Assembly: GCA_049521795.1 (NCBI GenBank)
Contig: JBEKOM010000001.1
Span: 608,001-672,000 of the forward strand
DNA: 64,000 nucleotides
Origin: Candidatus Bathyarchaeia archaeon
GTDB taxonomy: Archaea; Thermoproteota; Bathyarchaeia; Bathyarchaeales; Bathycorpusculaceae
Direction: 5' to 3'
The notes beneath the pieces were generated by a model, which was not told the DNA's origin, did no database searches, and saw nothing but the letters and a program-made list of their open reading frames with translations. This document shows positions 49,278-58,395 of the stretch, one piece after another (position 1 is the first letter of the stretch; each line of letters opens with the position of its first letter). The position numbers were made by a program, and so were the translations under genes.

Positions 49278-50021
49278 TTAGTATTTTCGGTCAAGATTGA
49301 AAATGTAAGTGAGGAAGTCTCTTATTTCGTTGATTGACAGTTTGGATTTGCCTTTTTTTCTGCTGATGAACGTTATAGGTACATCTTTGATTCTGTAATT
49401 TCTTACGTTGGCAAGTCTTATTGTTTCAATCTGTATTTCATAAGTCTGGCTGTGCAAGTCTTTTATTATTCCTCTAACCAGCCTGGTGGAGTAACAGCGC
49501 ATTCCGCTGGTGTAGTCTGATATCTTGGCGTCCACTCTTATTCTCGTAATGAGGTTTGCGACCTTGCTTATTAGCAAGCGCGCTATACTCCACTCTTGCG
49601 TACCGCCACCTTGACAGTACCTGCTTCCAACAACGAGGTCGCATCCTTCTTGCATAGGCGCCAACAGCTTGGGTATCTCTTGAGGGTTATGTGAGTAGTC
49701 AGCGTCCATCGTGACTATACAATTGGGAGGTTTCTTGACCGACAAGAAGATCCTAAACCCGTCAGTAATTGCAGTCCCAAGCCCTAGTTTCTTGCTCCTA
49801 ACGAGAAGCAAAATGTTGCTGTATTTCCTTTGGAGCTTTCTGATAAGGTCGGCTGTCCCGTCTGGACTCGAATCATCGATAACCAGTATTGAGACGTTCA
49901 GGCTTGAATTCTCCAGTTCAAGAATCAGCTTTTCAATGTTAGCCGCTTCACAATACGTCGGGAGTATAATCCCGATTTCAGAACTAACCTCGAGGTTTCC
50001 TTCTACGTGCGAAGACAGCAT
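49278..50021 (-). CDS. Polyprenol-phosphate mannose synthase-like GT2
   Basis: PTY.E, DDSSPDGT, MDADYSH, GSRY and GKSK motifs. Confidence 0.92.
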   Translation of the reverse strand: MLSSHVEGNLEVSSEIGIILPTYCEAANIEKLILELENSSLNVSILVIDDSSPDGTADLIRKLQRKYSNILLLVRSKKLGLGTAITDGFRIFLSVKKPPNCIVTMDADYSHNPQEIPKLLAPMQEGCDLVVGSRYCQGGGTQEWSIARLLISKVANLITRIRVDAKISDYTSGMRCYSTRLVRGIIKDLHSQTYEIQIETIRLANVRNYRIKDVPITFISRKKGKSKLSINEIRDFLTYIFNLDRKY

Positions 50022-50102
50022 TGGTGTCTATTCACCTTTCAAAGATAGCGTTCATTTATCGCACTGGATATATAAGGTATACTGCACTCAAGTCTGCTTC
50101 GA

Positions 50103-51110
50103 CTAGCTCTTTCCAGCGCTCTTAAGCCTGATGCGGTAGTAAGCTAACGGGTGGTGTACTCTTCTGCACACTTCGTCTGGGTCTGTGCATATGCCATGTG
50201 TTTGCAGAGTGTCACATCTCGGTGGGATGTACCGCGTTCTTGAGCCTGTTTCGCCGGCGATGTGTTCCACTTGGTAACGGGTCATTTTTTCGTTGAAGTC
50301 TGAAATGTTTTTGAAGAGGTCAATGACGTTTTCCGAGGGCATTCCGATGTTTATGAGGAACGAGGTCAAAGCGAACCTTCCTACGTGTGAGATGTGGCGT
50401 CCAGATGAGAAGGCCAAGTACAGCGCTGCTATGCATGGTGGGAATGCTGTTTGCACCATGACCTTCGGAAATTCTTCTACCTCGGCCTTGCCTATCTTCT
50501 CGGCTGTGAGCTTCACTATTCTTTCTGCCACGTTCAATATTTTCCTTGGAAAGTCAGGCAGTTCCTTAACTTCCAGCCTTTCTTCTATATGTCTGCGCGC
50601 TTCTTCGCTCAACAATCTCGAAGTCTCGTTTCTAGATAAGAAAACTGTTCCGCTAGACAAGACCCGGTTAACTAGCTTCCACTTCTTGTCGCGCAGATGA
50701 GTTGTGGTTCTCAGATAATCTTGAAACCTGACTGCGAATTCAAGCGGGGACACGTTTCGTTGATTGAGGGTCAGTTTCCATCCCAAGTCCGTTGCGGTTT
50801 CGAGAATCTGCTCTTTGTCTTCTTCTTTGAGGTCTTCGTAAATCCGCTTTGCTTCGGCGAGAGCGTACCTCTTCTTGATGAAGGAATTTCCAGTTGCAAC
50901 CGTCAGCATTATTGCGGCTGGAAAGGACAAAATTTCGATTTCTTCGTTGCGTGTCTTTCTGCCAACAAGCGTGTACAAAATGGCGTCTTCAACTCTCTCT
51001 TCCGCACGGTCGAGGACTCTTTCAAGTTCAGGGCTTGCAAGGTCCTCAATCTTCACGTTGAGTCTCTTAATGTATTCCGCGGTTTCCTTGAGAAAAGGAT
51101 ATTTTGCCAA
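50103..51110 (-). CDS. priL: DNA primase large subunit PriL (true start probably further upstream)
   Basis: AKYPF, FPPCI, H..R, YQVEH and C....C...C Fe-S domain. Confidence 0.93.
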   Translation of the reverse strand: MAKYPFLKETAEYIKRLNVKIEDLASPELERVLDRAEERVEDAILYTLVGRKTRNEEIEILSFPAAIMLTVATGNSFIKKRYALAEAKRIYEDLKEEDKEQILETATDLGWKLTLNQRNVSPLEFAVRFQDYLRTTTHLRDKKWKLVNRVLSSGTVFLSRNETSRLLSEEARRHIEERLEVKELPDFPRKILNVAERIVKLTAEKIGKAEVEEFPKVMVQTAFPPCIAALYLAFSSGRHISHVGRFALTSFLINIGMPSENVIDLFKNISDFNEKMTRYQVEHIAGETGSRTRYIPPRCDTLQTHGICTDPDEVCRRVHHPLAYYRIRLKSAGKS

Positions 51111-51159
51111 GTCGCTTTTTGTGAATCTTCCCGTGGTTATCTGCTCTTCATTTTTCGTC

Positions 51160-51915
51160 TCATTCTGTTTCTATTCTCGGCGCAAGGAAGAACGTTAGCT
51201 TTCCTTCTTTTGCCTGCTGAAAATCCAGCCTTATGGGCATGTCCGAAGAGAATTCGAGCGTAGCTATGTCCGACGTTGCTGATGCAGCCTTTATTATCTC
51301 TGTCAGGTAACTAAGGCTGAAGGTTGCTTTCTGCGCTTCCTTGGCTTCTAGATCCAGCAGCATGTCACTTCCTTTTTGCAGGGTGATCGTCGCACCCATT
51401 AGGTCGCCCGAAGCGTTGAAAACCAGTTTTTCGGGGTCTGCTTCGATCTTAACATGGTCGCTTACGAGTTGAGCGTCCTCTATCGCCTGGCTCAAGCCTT
51501 CGGTCGTAGCCTTTGCTTTTACGTTGAAGGTGATCTTTGGCGTTGGCACCTCTTCCTCTGACGCTTCAAGCGTGGGCATCGTAAAGTTTCGCGTGTATTT
51601 TCCAGCCATTGCGACCTGCAGACGCCCCGTTTTTTCGTCCAGAGAAAGCTCCACTGTCTCGTCCTTGCCTGCTCTCTTGAGAAGTTTCAGCAGTTCCGTT
51701 ATGTTGATGCATATTTTTGCCGGCTCAGTGCACACGTATTCTTCGAAGACATTTTTAGGCCATTCGAAGTCGATCATTGCGACGCGTGATGGATCCATCG
51801 CTCTGAGCTTCAAGCCGTCCTGGTCAAGCTTGAACGTTGCTTCGTCCACGAGGATGGAAATAGACGTGATCATGTCCCTCAATAACTTGGCATCAGCCAC
51901 TTTGAGTTTGAACAC
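51160..51915 (-). CDS. pcn: PCNA sliding clamp
   Basis: RAMDPSRV and FFLAPRIE motifs. Start GTG 51915 after GGTGA. Confidence 0.97.
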   Translation of the reverse strand: MFKLKVADAKLLRDMITSISILVDEATFKLDQDGLKLRAMDPSRVAMIDFEWPKNVFEEYVCTEPAKICINITELLKLLKRAGKDETVELSLDEKTGRLQVAMAGKYTRNFTMPTLEASEEEVPTPKITFNVKAKATTEGLSQAIEDAQLVSDHVKIEADPEKLVFNASGDLMGATITLQKGSDMLLDLEAKEAQKATFSLSYLTEIIKAASATSDIATLEFSSDMPIRLDFQQAKEGKLTFFLAPRIETE

Positions 51916-52110
51916 GGAGATCACCTTTGTATCGGATATGCTCGGTGGCTAATAAAAGACTTTACACACTTAAGGCTGACGCTGAACCATGAAATCACGC
52001 TTTAGTCGCCTCATTATTGGACTCAGGTAGCTGTCAGCGATGTTATAGAGGATTTATCCGCAACCGTTAATTTCTTCATTACACCATTTTACATTTGGGA
52101 AAGGAGACCC

Positions 52111-54132
52111 TTGAAGAGAAGAGCTTCTGAAATCTCTGCGTCATTCTTGATGATCACGTCAATCTTGGTTCTTTTCGTTCATGCAGACGGATTGTATGGG
52201 GCCGGTGGTTTAAAGGCGGGACAGACTGATTATCAGACGAGCTTAGGGGTCGCCGATAACTTGACTCTCGCTCAGACGTTGCAATCGATCACCCAAAGAG
52301 TGGATTGGACGCAAGCGGTCTATGCTGGAATGGTTTTTAACAACAAGGCTAAGGCAGATTTGGAAGCTTTGATAGATGGCTACGCCTCCAGCGCAGACTG
52401 GCTAGATGTTTTGCAATGGTCGGCTATCAGCGAAAAGCTAGGAGTAGAGCGAGAGAGCGCCATCGAAGCGGCGTTGGACGGCTTGCCGATGGTCGGTCCC
52501 TTACCGTGGACAATCAATTACAGCGGGGTTGGTTATTTCTGCGTTGAACGAAAGTTCGCCTTGCTAGGTTATTCCTATGCGGAGAAGTACCGTTATCGGC
52601 TTGACAAGTGGAACATAACCAGCGCCTACGCCTTTTTCGAAAAAGCCGTCCAAGACGCGGGGCACCCAGTGTTATTCGTCGATTCCAATGGTGGTACGTG
52701 GACGATAAGCTACGGACCGCGTTACTACGATGAATCAGCTTCGACGCTTCAATGCTTCCTCATTTTCTACGAGATGGGGATAACAAGCGCCCTCGATGAC
52801 GCTCTGCAATGGTGGAACTGGATCAACAACAACCTTTGGTATCAGGGTACGCATTACAAATATGCTGTAAGTTGGCCTGACTATGAATGTGAAGCAGGCT
52901 TTTTCGCCAAGACAATTGCCAACTTGAAGTATTACGTCAGTGATCTGGGAAACTGGTCGCGAGTCCTGGCTGACGTGCAAAATCGATTCTTGACCGATGG
53001 ATGGAACAGTCCGCAATGGCTGGATGCAAGTGGAACTACGTATGTTGTCGTTCATGATTATCCAGACAACCCGGAAACGCGTTTGGTAAACACCATCGGC
53101 GCATGGACCAGTCTTCTTGGGTTATATGGAGCGCTGGACAGTTCGTCCGAAAACAGCATGCAAAACTTGCTGGAGGGACAAAGTGGACCGGACCCGGCTT
53201 GGAAACTCCTTATGAGTGCAACAGCCGATCTTTACGACAATATAACTGGAAAATTCAAGTGGGCAAGTGACGACCTTTTTGCATCTGACCAGGCCACAGC
53301 GTACGCTTTAACACTAATGTTTTTTATGGGCATTGTTCCCAAGACGGCAACGCTTGCGTTCCCATTAGAAGACTATACCATTGACGATTTATACGATATC
53401 GACCCTGAGTTGTTCAACATAAACCTGGAGAATGCGTCCATTCGTGTTTCAGTCGTGAATGGTGGGCAACTGGAATTCATCTACGGCACGTCTCCTGTTT
53501 TGTGCGATTTTCCCTCAAGCGGAGTCTACGAGCTGACTTTTTCAAACGACTGGAACAGCCTAGTGAACGTCTCAAAAATCGAGAATTTGCCAAACGAAAG
53601 AAGATTTCTTTTTGCTGCACCAGGTCTGGTGAACGTACAGGTAGCCAAAATCACCATTTATAGGCACATGGTTGGACAATGGTTGACTTTTCCCATAGAC
53701 GTAACAACAGTGGAAAATCAGGGTTCAGGCCCTGAGACCTTCAACGTTACGCTGTACGCAAACTCTACTGCCGTCGACGCACAGACAGTCACATTGGCAG
53801 GCGGAGGCTCGAAAACCGTGTTTCTTGTTTGGAACACATCTGGCTCCCCCATGGGAGGCTACAACATAAGTGCCTGCGCTTCGTCTGTACCAAACGAGAC
53901 GAAAACTGTCGACAGCTCCTTAAGTGGTGGCATGATCTACGTTAGCATGCCAGGGGACCTCAACGGTGACGGAGTGGTTAACATCTTGGATGCTATAATA
54001 CTTAGTAATGCCTTTCTCGCCACGCCTGGCAGTTTAAACTGGAATCCTAACGCAGACCTGAACGGAGACGACGTCGTCAACATACTCGACTGCATAATCT
54101 TCGCAGAGTATTTCATGACAGTGAGCCCTTAG
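52111..54132 (+). CDS. Secreted protein: helical aromatic-rich (glycoside-hydrolase-like) domain + CARDB-like domain + C-terminal dockerin
   Basis: Signal peptide, W/Y-rich core (RYYDE, YECE), NQG...ETFNVT.Y.N, and duplicated GDLNGDGVVNILD/ADLNGDDVVNILD. Confidence 0.75.
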   Translation: MKRRASEISASFLMITSILVLFVHADGLYGAGGLKAGQTDYQTSLGVADNLTLAQTLQSITQRVDWTQAVYAGMVFNNKAKADLEALIDGYASSADWLDVLQWSAISEKLGVERESAIEAALDGLPMVGPLPWTINYSGVGYFCVERKFALLGYSYAEKYRYRLDKWNITSAYAFFEKAVQDAGHPVLFVDSNGGTWTISYGPRYYDESASTLQCFLIFYEMGITSALDDALQWWNWINNNLWYQGTHYKYAVSWPDYECEAGFFAKTIANLKYYVSDLGNWSRVLADVQNRFLTDGWNSPQWLDASGTTYVVVHDYPDNPETRLVNTIGAWTSLLGLYGALDSSSENSMQNLLEGQSGPDPAWKLLMSATADLYDNITGKFKWASDDLFASDQATAYALTLMFFMGIVPKTATLAFPLEDYTIDDLYDIDPELFNINLENASIRVSVVNGGQLEFIYGTSPVLCDFPSSGVYELTFSNDWNSLVNVSKIENLPNERRFLFAAPGLVNVQVAKITIYRHMVGQWLTFPIDVTTVENQGSGPETFNVTLYANSTAVDAQTVTLAGGGSKTVFLVWNTSGSPMGGYNISACASSVPNETKTVDSSLSGGMIYVSMPGDLNGDGVVNILDAIILSNAFLATPGSLNWNPNADLNGDDVVNILDCIIFAEYFMTVSP

Positions 54133-54170
54133 ATGCGCCTTAAGGGCCTTTTGCCAAAACCAGTTGATGT

Positions 54171-54524
54171 CTAGCTGTATTCTCTGAATGTGTAGTTGCA
54201 TTTTGTGCAGCGCAAGAATTGGGTTGAAGATTCGTCTGCGCCTCTTGTCTGAACTTGCCAGACGTATGCTAGGTTGTTTCCGCACTTGGGGCATTCGATC
54301 CTGACGGTTGGCAACGTTCTCAGTTTCTGTTCTTCTTTTCCTATTACTGCTACAAGCTGCTGTGGCCTGTGCTGGATCACCTTCGCAACTTTTGGTTCCA
54401 CTTTCTTGCTGGAAGCGTGTTTTCTATAGCCGCATTTGGGGCAAGTCAACGTTAGTGATCCTTCTTTTCCCGTCTTGGCTTTTCTCGGTGCGAGTCGGGA
54501 ACCGCATTTTGGACAAAATTCCAT
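54171..54524 (-). CDS. tfs: Transcription elongation factor TFS
   Basis: MEFCPKCG and C-terminal Zn ribbon QTRGADE (acidic hairpin intact). Confidence 0.93.
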   Translation of the reverse strand: MEFCPKCGSRLAPRKAKTGKEGSLTLTCPKCGYRKHASSKKVEPKVAKVIQHRPQQLVAVIGKEEQKLRTLPTVRIECPKCGNNLAYVWQVQTRGADESSTQFLRCTKCNYTFREYS

Positions 54525-54604
54525 CGAATGTTCCACCGCTGTCCGTTTCATTAGCCTTAGCAGAGTCTCTTTTAAATCTTTTCTCGTTGGAATCAATACC
54601 AAGA

Positions 54605-55192
54605 CTATAGTCTGTTTATGCCAGAGGCGATGAGATGGGCCACCCGAAGGGCTTCTGGAACGCTGCTTCGAGTGGAGGTCAGCTGCACTATCTTCCTCGC
54701 ATCGTCTTCGAGAATTCCGCAGATTTCCACGAATGCCTTTTCGCCTTTTCTTCTAGTGCTCACTTCAAAAATCTCTCCTGCGTTCATAATGGCTTTCCAC
54801 CGTTTCTCGGGTGATCGCAGATTGTCCAACGCCTTGCGTATATCATCAAAGTCAGGTTTGTCCCTCGTAACGGCGATTACTGGAAGCTTTGTCTCAGCAT
54901 TGAGCTTCTTCATGTCAACCACGTTGAAACCTCCAAACGTTATTCCATCGAGCATTATGACTCTTAGCTGCTCGTGATGCGGAGAGTTGACTATCATCGT
55001 GGCTATCTTGTCTGTAGCGTCGAAGCCATCGACTTCGACTTTCGTGCTCAATACTCCGTCGAGCCAGTATCCTCCGCGAAAAACGACGCCGATGACGGGG
55101 GCGAGCCCTCGTGAGTGGGGAATGAAGACTCCGTCATCAACCCCTAGAACACGAATCTCCTGTTTGATTACACGGAATTTCTTCGGGGGCAA
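54605..55192 (-). CDS. DUF99 family (EndoV-like) nuclease
   Basis: LGVDDG, VDG.DAT, LDGITFGGFN and PEALRVAH motifs. Confidence 0.88.
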   Translation of the reverse strand: MPPKKFRVIKQEIRVLGVDDGVFIPHSRGLAPVIGVVFRGGYWLDGVLSTKVEVDGFDATDKIATMIVNSPHHEQLRVIMLDGITFGGFNVVDMKKLNAETKLPVIAVTRDKPDFDDIRKALDNLRSPEKRWKAIMNAGEIFEVSTRRKGEKAFVEICGILEDDARKIVQLTSTRSSVPEALRVAHLIASGINRL

Positions 55193-55280
55193 AACGATTC
55201 CTCAAGAGAAGCTCGTGGAAATATGAAAGAAGGAGGCGTTATAAGCTTAGTGAAGGATACTCCTGCCGGGAGGCTGAAAC

Positions 55281-55676
55281 CTGACCAGACATTGTCCAGC
55301 CTATTGTTTTGCATGGACTCGCAGAAACCTTAACGAAGTCCTGATTGACCACGCGTTGGCGTCCCTTGGTGATTCATACGTGAATTTTGTTTACTCGCTT
55401 GCAATATCCAACAGAAAGGGCAGCCCCTTTGGCACAAAGGTGAAAGGAAGCGTTCTCGCCGAGGCTCTGAGGAAAGCTGGGCTTAGAGAGTGTTTGCCGT
55501 CAAGAATGTCAAGACACAGCTTGGCTGATGCAGCAGAAGCATTGATAGTTTATGCTTGGCTCAGCCGCTGGGTCAGCTTGGACGAAAGCGTGGCGATGAT
55601 TGGGAAGAAGGGGGATCCTATTGACGGCCTGGGCGAGCTGCTCGCAAAGATAAAAGGGAGAATCACTTTTCCTTGA
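55281..55676 (+). CDS. Archaeal RNase III-like small protein (start uncertain)
   Basis: D..LASLGD..VN and ADAAEAL motifs. The frame is open upstream of TTG 55356 to CTG 55281. Confidence 0.75.
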   Translation: MTRHCPAYCFAWTRRNLNEVLIDHALASLGDSYVNFVYSLAISNRKGSPFGTKVKGSVLAEALRKAGLRECLPSRMSRHSLADAAEALIVYAWLSRWVSLDESVAMIGKKGDPIDGLGELLAKIKGRITFP

Positions 55677-55947
55677 GACTCTTGGCAAGCTCTTTGCCGA
55701 ATTCTTTGTTTATGGTCCGCGTCTTTTCTATGGCGTTCCACAAGACCTGCTCAGGCTTCACTTTGCCCTTCGTGCGCACATAGATTACTGAGTTTGAAGC
55801 CAAAGGATGCGGAATGTCATAACCAGCCATGTCTACATTGTCCTCTTCCAAGAGCTCTTTTTGCAGCAGGTTGCAAAGCGTATGGCCGACGCCTTCCACT
55901 TCGATCTTTAGCTCGTTTGATGTCTTTTTGAGCACGTTAACTTTCAT
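55663..55947 (-). CDS. rpoL: RNA polymerase subunit Rpo11 (RpoL)
   Basis: G.GHTLCNLL and AGYDIPHPL motifs. Confidence 0.95.
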   Translation of the reverse strand: MKVNVLKKTSNELKIEVEGVGHTLCNLLQKELLEEDNVDMAGYDIPHPLASNSVIYVRTKGKVKPEQVLWNAIEKTRTINKEFGKELAKSLKEK

Positions 55948-56551
55948 TTTCCTCTTCACCCTTCCCGCGCTCGAGTAATCCTCTTCCATAGTCTGCCGCA
56001 GTCTTGCGTCTCTCAAGCCGCCCACACTTTGGGCAGTGCATGCCTTGTCTTCTCTGTTCGAGTAGCGTTCCACAGTTCGAGCAGAAAGCATAGATCACGC
56101 CCAAGTTTCTGTCCTTCGTCGACAGATGGTAGGTTCTGTTCTTTTCGCTGATCACCTTTGCCCTTACGATGTCCCCAGGCTTGCACACGTCAAACATCGA
56201 ATCGACGTACCTTATGTGAGCATCTGAGATGTGCAGTATGCCCATGAAACCGCTGGTAACTTCCTCGGCGCCTATTTCAAAAATGCGCATTCCTGCGGTT
56301 TCAGACTGTGCACTTGAAACTTGTCCCACAACTGTGCTTCCCGTGATGGGTACCTTTGCCCCGTGGGTCAATTGATGGACTGTGACGCGTTTGTGTGCCA
56401 GATCGATCAAGACGCGGCCGACGACCTTGGAATAGATCACTCCGTCTTTCACGAACGTTCCGGCATCTGGAGTGAACTCTTCGATCACGCCTAGGCGTTC
56501 GCCTGGCAAGGCCAGTTGACCAGTCTTAGGTTCGGTGGACTTTGTACTCAT
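55937..56551 (-). CDS. csl4: Exosome subunit Csl4
   Basis: PGERLG..EEF, S1 domain GDIVRAKV, Zn ribbon and RK motif. Confidence 0.94.
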   Translation of the reverse strand: MSTKSTEPKTGQLALPGERLGVIEEFTPDAGTFVKDGVIYSKVVGRVLIDLAHKRVTVHQLTHGAKVPITGSTVVGQVSSAQSETAGMRIFEIGAEEVTSGFMGILHISDAHIRYVDSMFDVCKPGDIVRAKVISEKNRTYHLSTKDRNLGVIYAFCSNCGTLLEQRRQGMHCPKCGRLERRKTAADYGRGLLERGKGEEENES

Positions 56552-56668
56552 TGGAAATCCCCGTCATCGTTACGTTGGCTTGCCCGTCAGATGCTTGCGC
56601 ATTGCTGGGCGCGCCGTCAACTAAACAGTTATAACTGTTCTTTCTACGCTTATCAATAAACCTTTTGA

Positions 56669-57376
56669 TTAGCGCGCATCATGAGCAGGTTGCCTTCTGT
56701 GCACGACGTATAGGTCGACTAGAAACTCATGCTTCTTTTCTGTGTGGAAGCTGAACATGTGTGGGAGAGTCATTAACAGGGCATAAACAGCTTTTATTCT
56801 TCCTCCTCTTTCTTCGATGAACTTTTTCATGAAAGAAGACGGGGGAACCGCGACGGCGCCATCGCTGCTCTTCCTCAGTCTCTTGGCAAACGTCGAATCT
56901 CCGTGAGGCCTCTTGTGAAGCGAATAGGTAACTGTTCCCAATTCTAAGGCTTTGGCTAGAAACTTTCTGTCAGCGCCCCTTTTTTGAACTCCGAAGGGTG
57001 GGTTCTCTAGAACCGTGTCAAAACATCCACGAACTGAATCAACATCTGCAACAACCCACTGCGTCCTCTCTTTCACACCTGTTGCCACAGAGCTTTCAAA
57101 GGCCGTTTTCACTCCGGTTTTGTCCACGTCCACGCCCACAACCTCTTTCGCGCCCAATAGAGCAGCTCCTATTGCCAGCCTGCCCGTGCCGCAGCCTAGG
57201 TCTAAGACGGTTTTGTCAATGATATCTCCGTTTGAGTAGGCAGCAATGTGAAGCATCGTTGCCGCAGTGTCAGCTGAAATGGTGTACTGCTCAAGGTTAG
57301 GCGTGGGCGCAGGGTGAGGCTTGATTTTTGAGAGCATCATCTCTAATTCTAGTTTTCGAGCAAACCTCTTTTGCAT
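56669..57376 (-). CDS. METTL5-family rRNA m6A methyltransferase
   Basis: LEQY, DLGCGTG, NPPFG and FH motifs. Confidence 0.92.
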   Translation of the reverse strand: MQKRFARKLELEMMLSKIKPHPAPTPNLEQYTISADTAATMLHIAAYSNGDIIDKTVLDLGCGTGRLAIGAALLGAKEVVGVDVDKTGVKTAFESSVATGVKERTQWVVADVDSVRGCFDTVLENPPFGVQKRGADRKFLAKALELGTVTYSLHKRPHGDSTFAKRLRKSSDGAVAVPPSSFMKKFIEERGGRIKAVYALLMTLPHMFSFHTEKKHEFLVDLYVVHRRQPAHDAR

Positions 57377-58350
57377 AATTCTTCCCATGACAGCTCACCA
57401 ATGGCGACTAGGGTTTCATTTCTGGTCAAGATTGGCTTTCGAAAATTGGCGGAGTCATCAAGAGAAATTCTTGGGCAGGCCGTGTTGACGAACGCGTCGA
57501 TCGTTGGAAATTCCATGAGTGCTTCAGGAGTGATCTCTCTAGCTGCTAGGAGATACGCCATCTTCCCATTTTCTTCAAGCTTCTTTTTGACATTCAATGC
57601 TTCTTCGAGTCTTTTCTGTCCAGGCTTTATCCCAAGCAGAACACCGAAGGTCTTCGCTTCCATCGCTTCTTCTATCCCGGCCCATCGCTGCTTGAAGATT
57701 TTCTCCGCTTCTTTATCCACAGAAAACGAAGTGCCATCAAAGGGGTCAGCAACGACTGTTGGCTTTGAGGTTGAAAGAGCCATACCCAAAGCGTGGAACC
57801 GCCCTCCGCCGACGAAGAGAAAAGCTTCAACATCCTTCGCAATAGAGATCGCGTTGCTGTAGTCGCACCCTATGACCTGGCCAGGATAGCTTAAGCGTGT
57901 GGTGTCTCCTATCATGACGGTTTTGCCTGCGCGGACGAGGGTTTCTCTGACTTCGTCGAGGGTTTGAACGTGTTGAACGGTTGTAGCCAGCCCTATCTTG
58001 TGCCATTTTTCCAGCAGAGGCAGGGCCTTTTCGACAGCTGAGTTCACGTTAATGGTCGCACGGGCTTCAACGTAGAGTGTTGGAACGCGTTCGTACGTAA
58101 CTCTCTTAGAGTGTCCATAATGGATTATCAAGTCTACGCCCAAGCTTTCGGCTTCAGCTATCGCCAAATCACACGCGCCATAGCACGGGTCTGCAGAGAC
58201 GATGGGTAGCACACCGAGTTTTTCTATGGTCTTAGCGATGTGTGGGGCTTCGGGCTTCAAGCCCTCTGGAAGCTGGATCAGGACCCGTTTTGCGCCAAGT
58301 TTAAGAATTTCCTGTTTGACCCTCTCTTCTTCTAGGTCAAAATGTCTCAT
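57349..58350 (-). CDS. dph2: Diphthamide biosynthesis enzyme Dph2
   Basis: QLPEGLK, CYGACD, GQVIGC and ACPR motifs. Confidence 0.95.
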   Translation of the reverse strand: MRHFDLEEERVKQEILKLGAKRVLIQLPEGLKPEAPHIAKTIEKLGVLPIVSADPCYGACDLAIAEAESLGVDLIIHYGHSKRVTYERVPTLYVEARATINVNSAVEKALPLLEKWHKIGLATTVQHVQTLDEVRETLVRAGKTVMIGDTTRLSYPGQVIGCDYSNAISIAKDVEAFLFVGGGRFHALGMALSTSKPTVVADPFDGTSFSVDKEAEKIFKQRWAGIEEAMEAKTFGVLLGIKPGQKRLEEALNVKKKLEENGKMAYLLAAREITPEALMEFPTIDAFVNTACPRISLDDSANFRKPILTRNETLVAIGELSWEELCKRGLLEN

Positions 58351-58395
58351 ATGGAGGCATCCTAAATCGTGGGGAGGAATGCGCCGAGGCTATTC

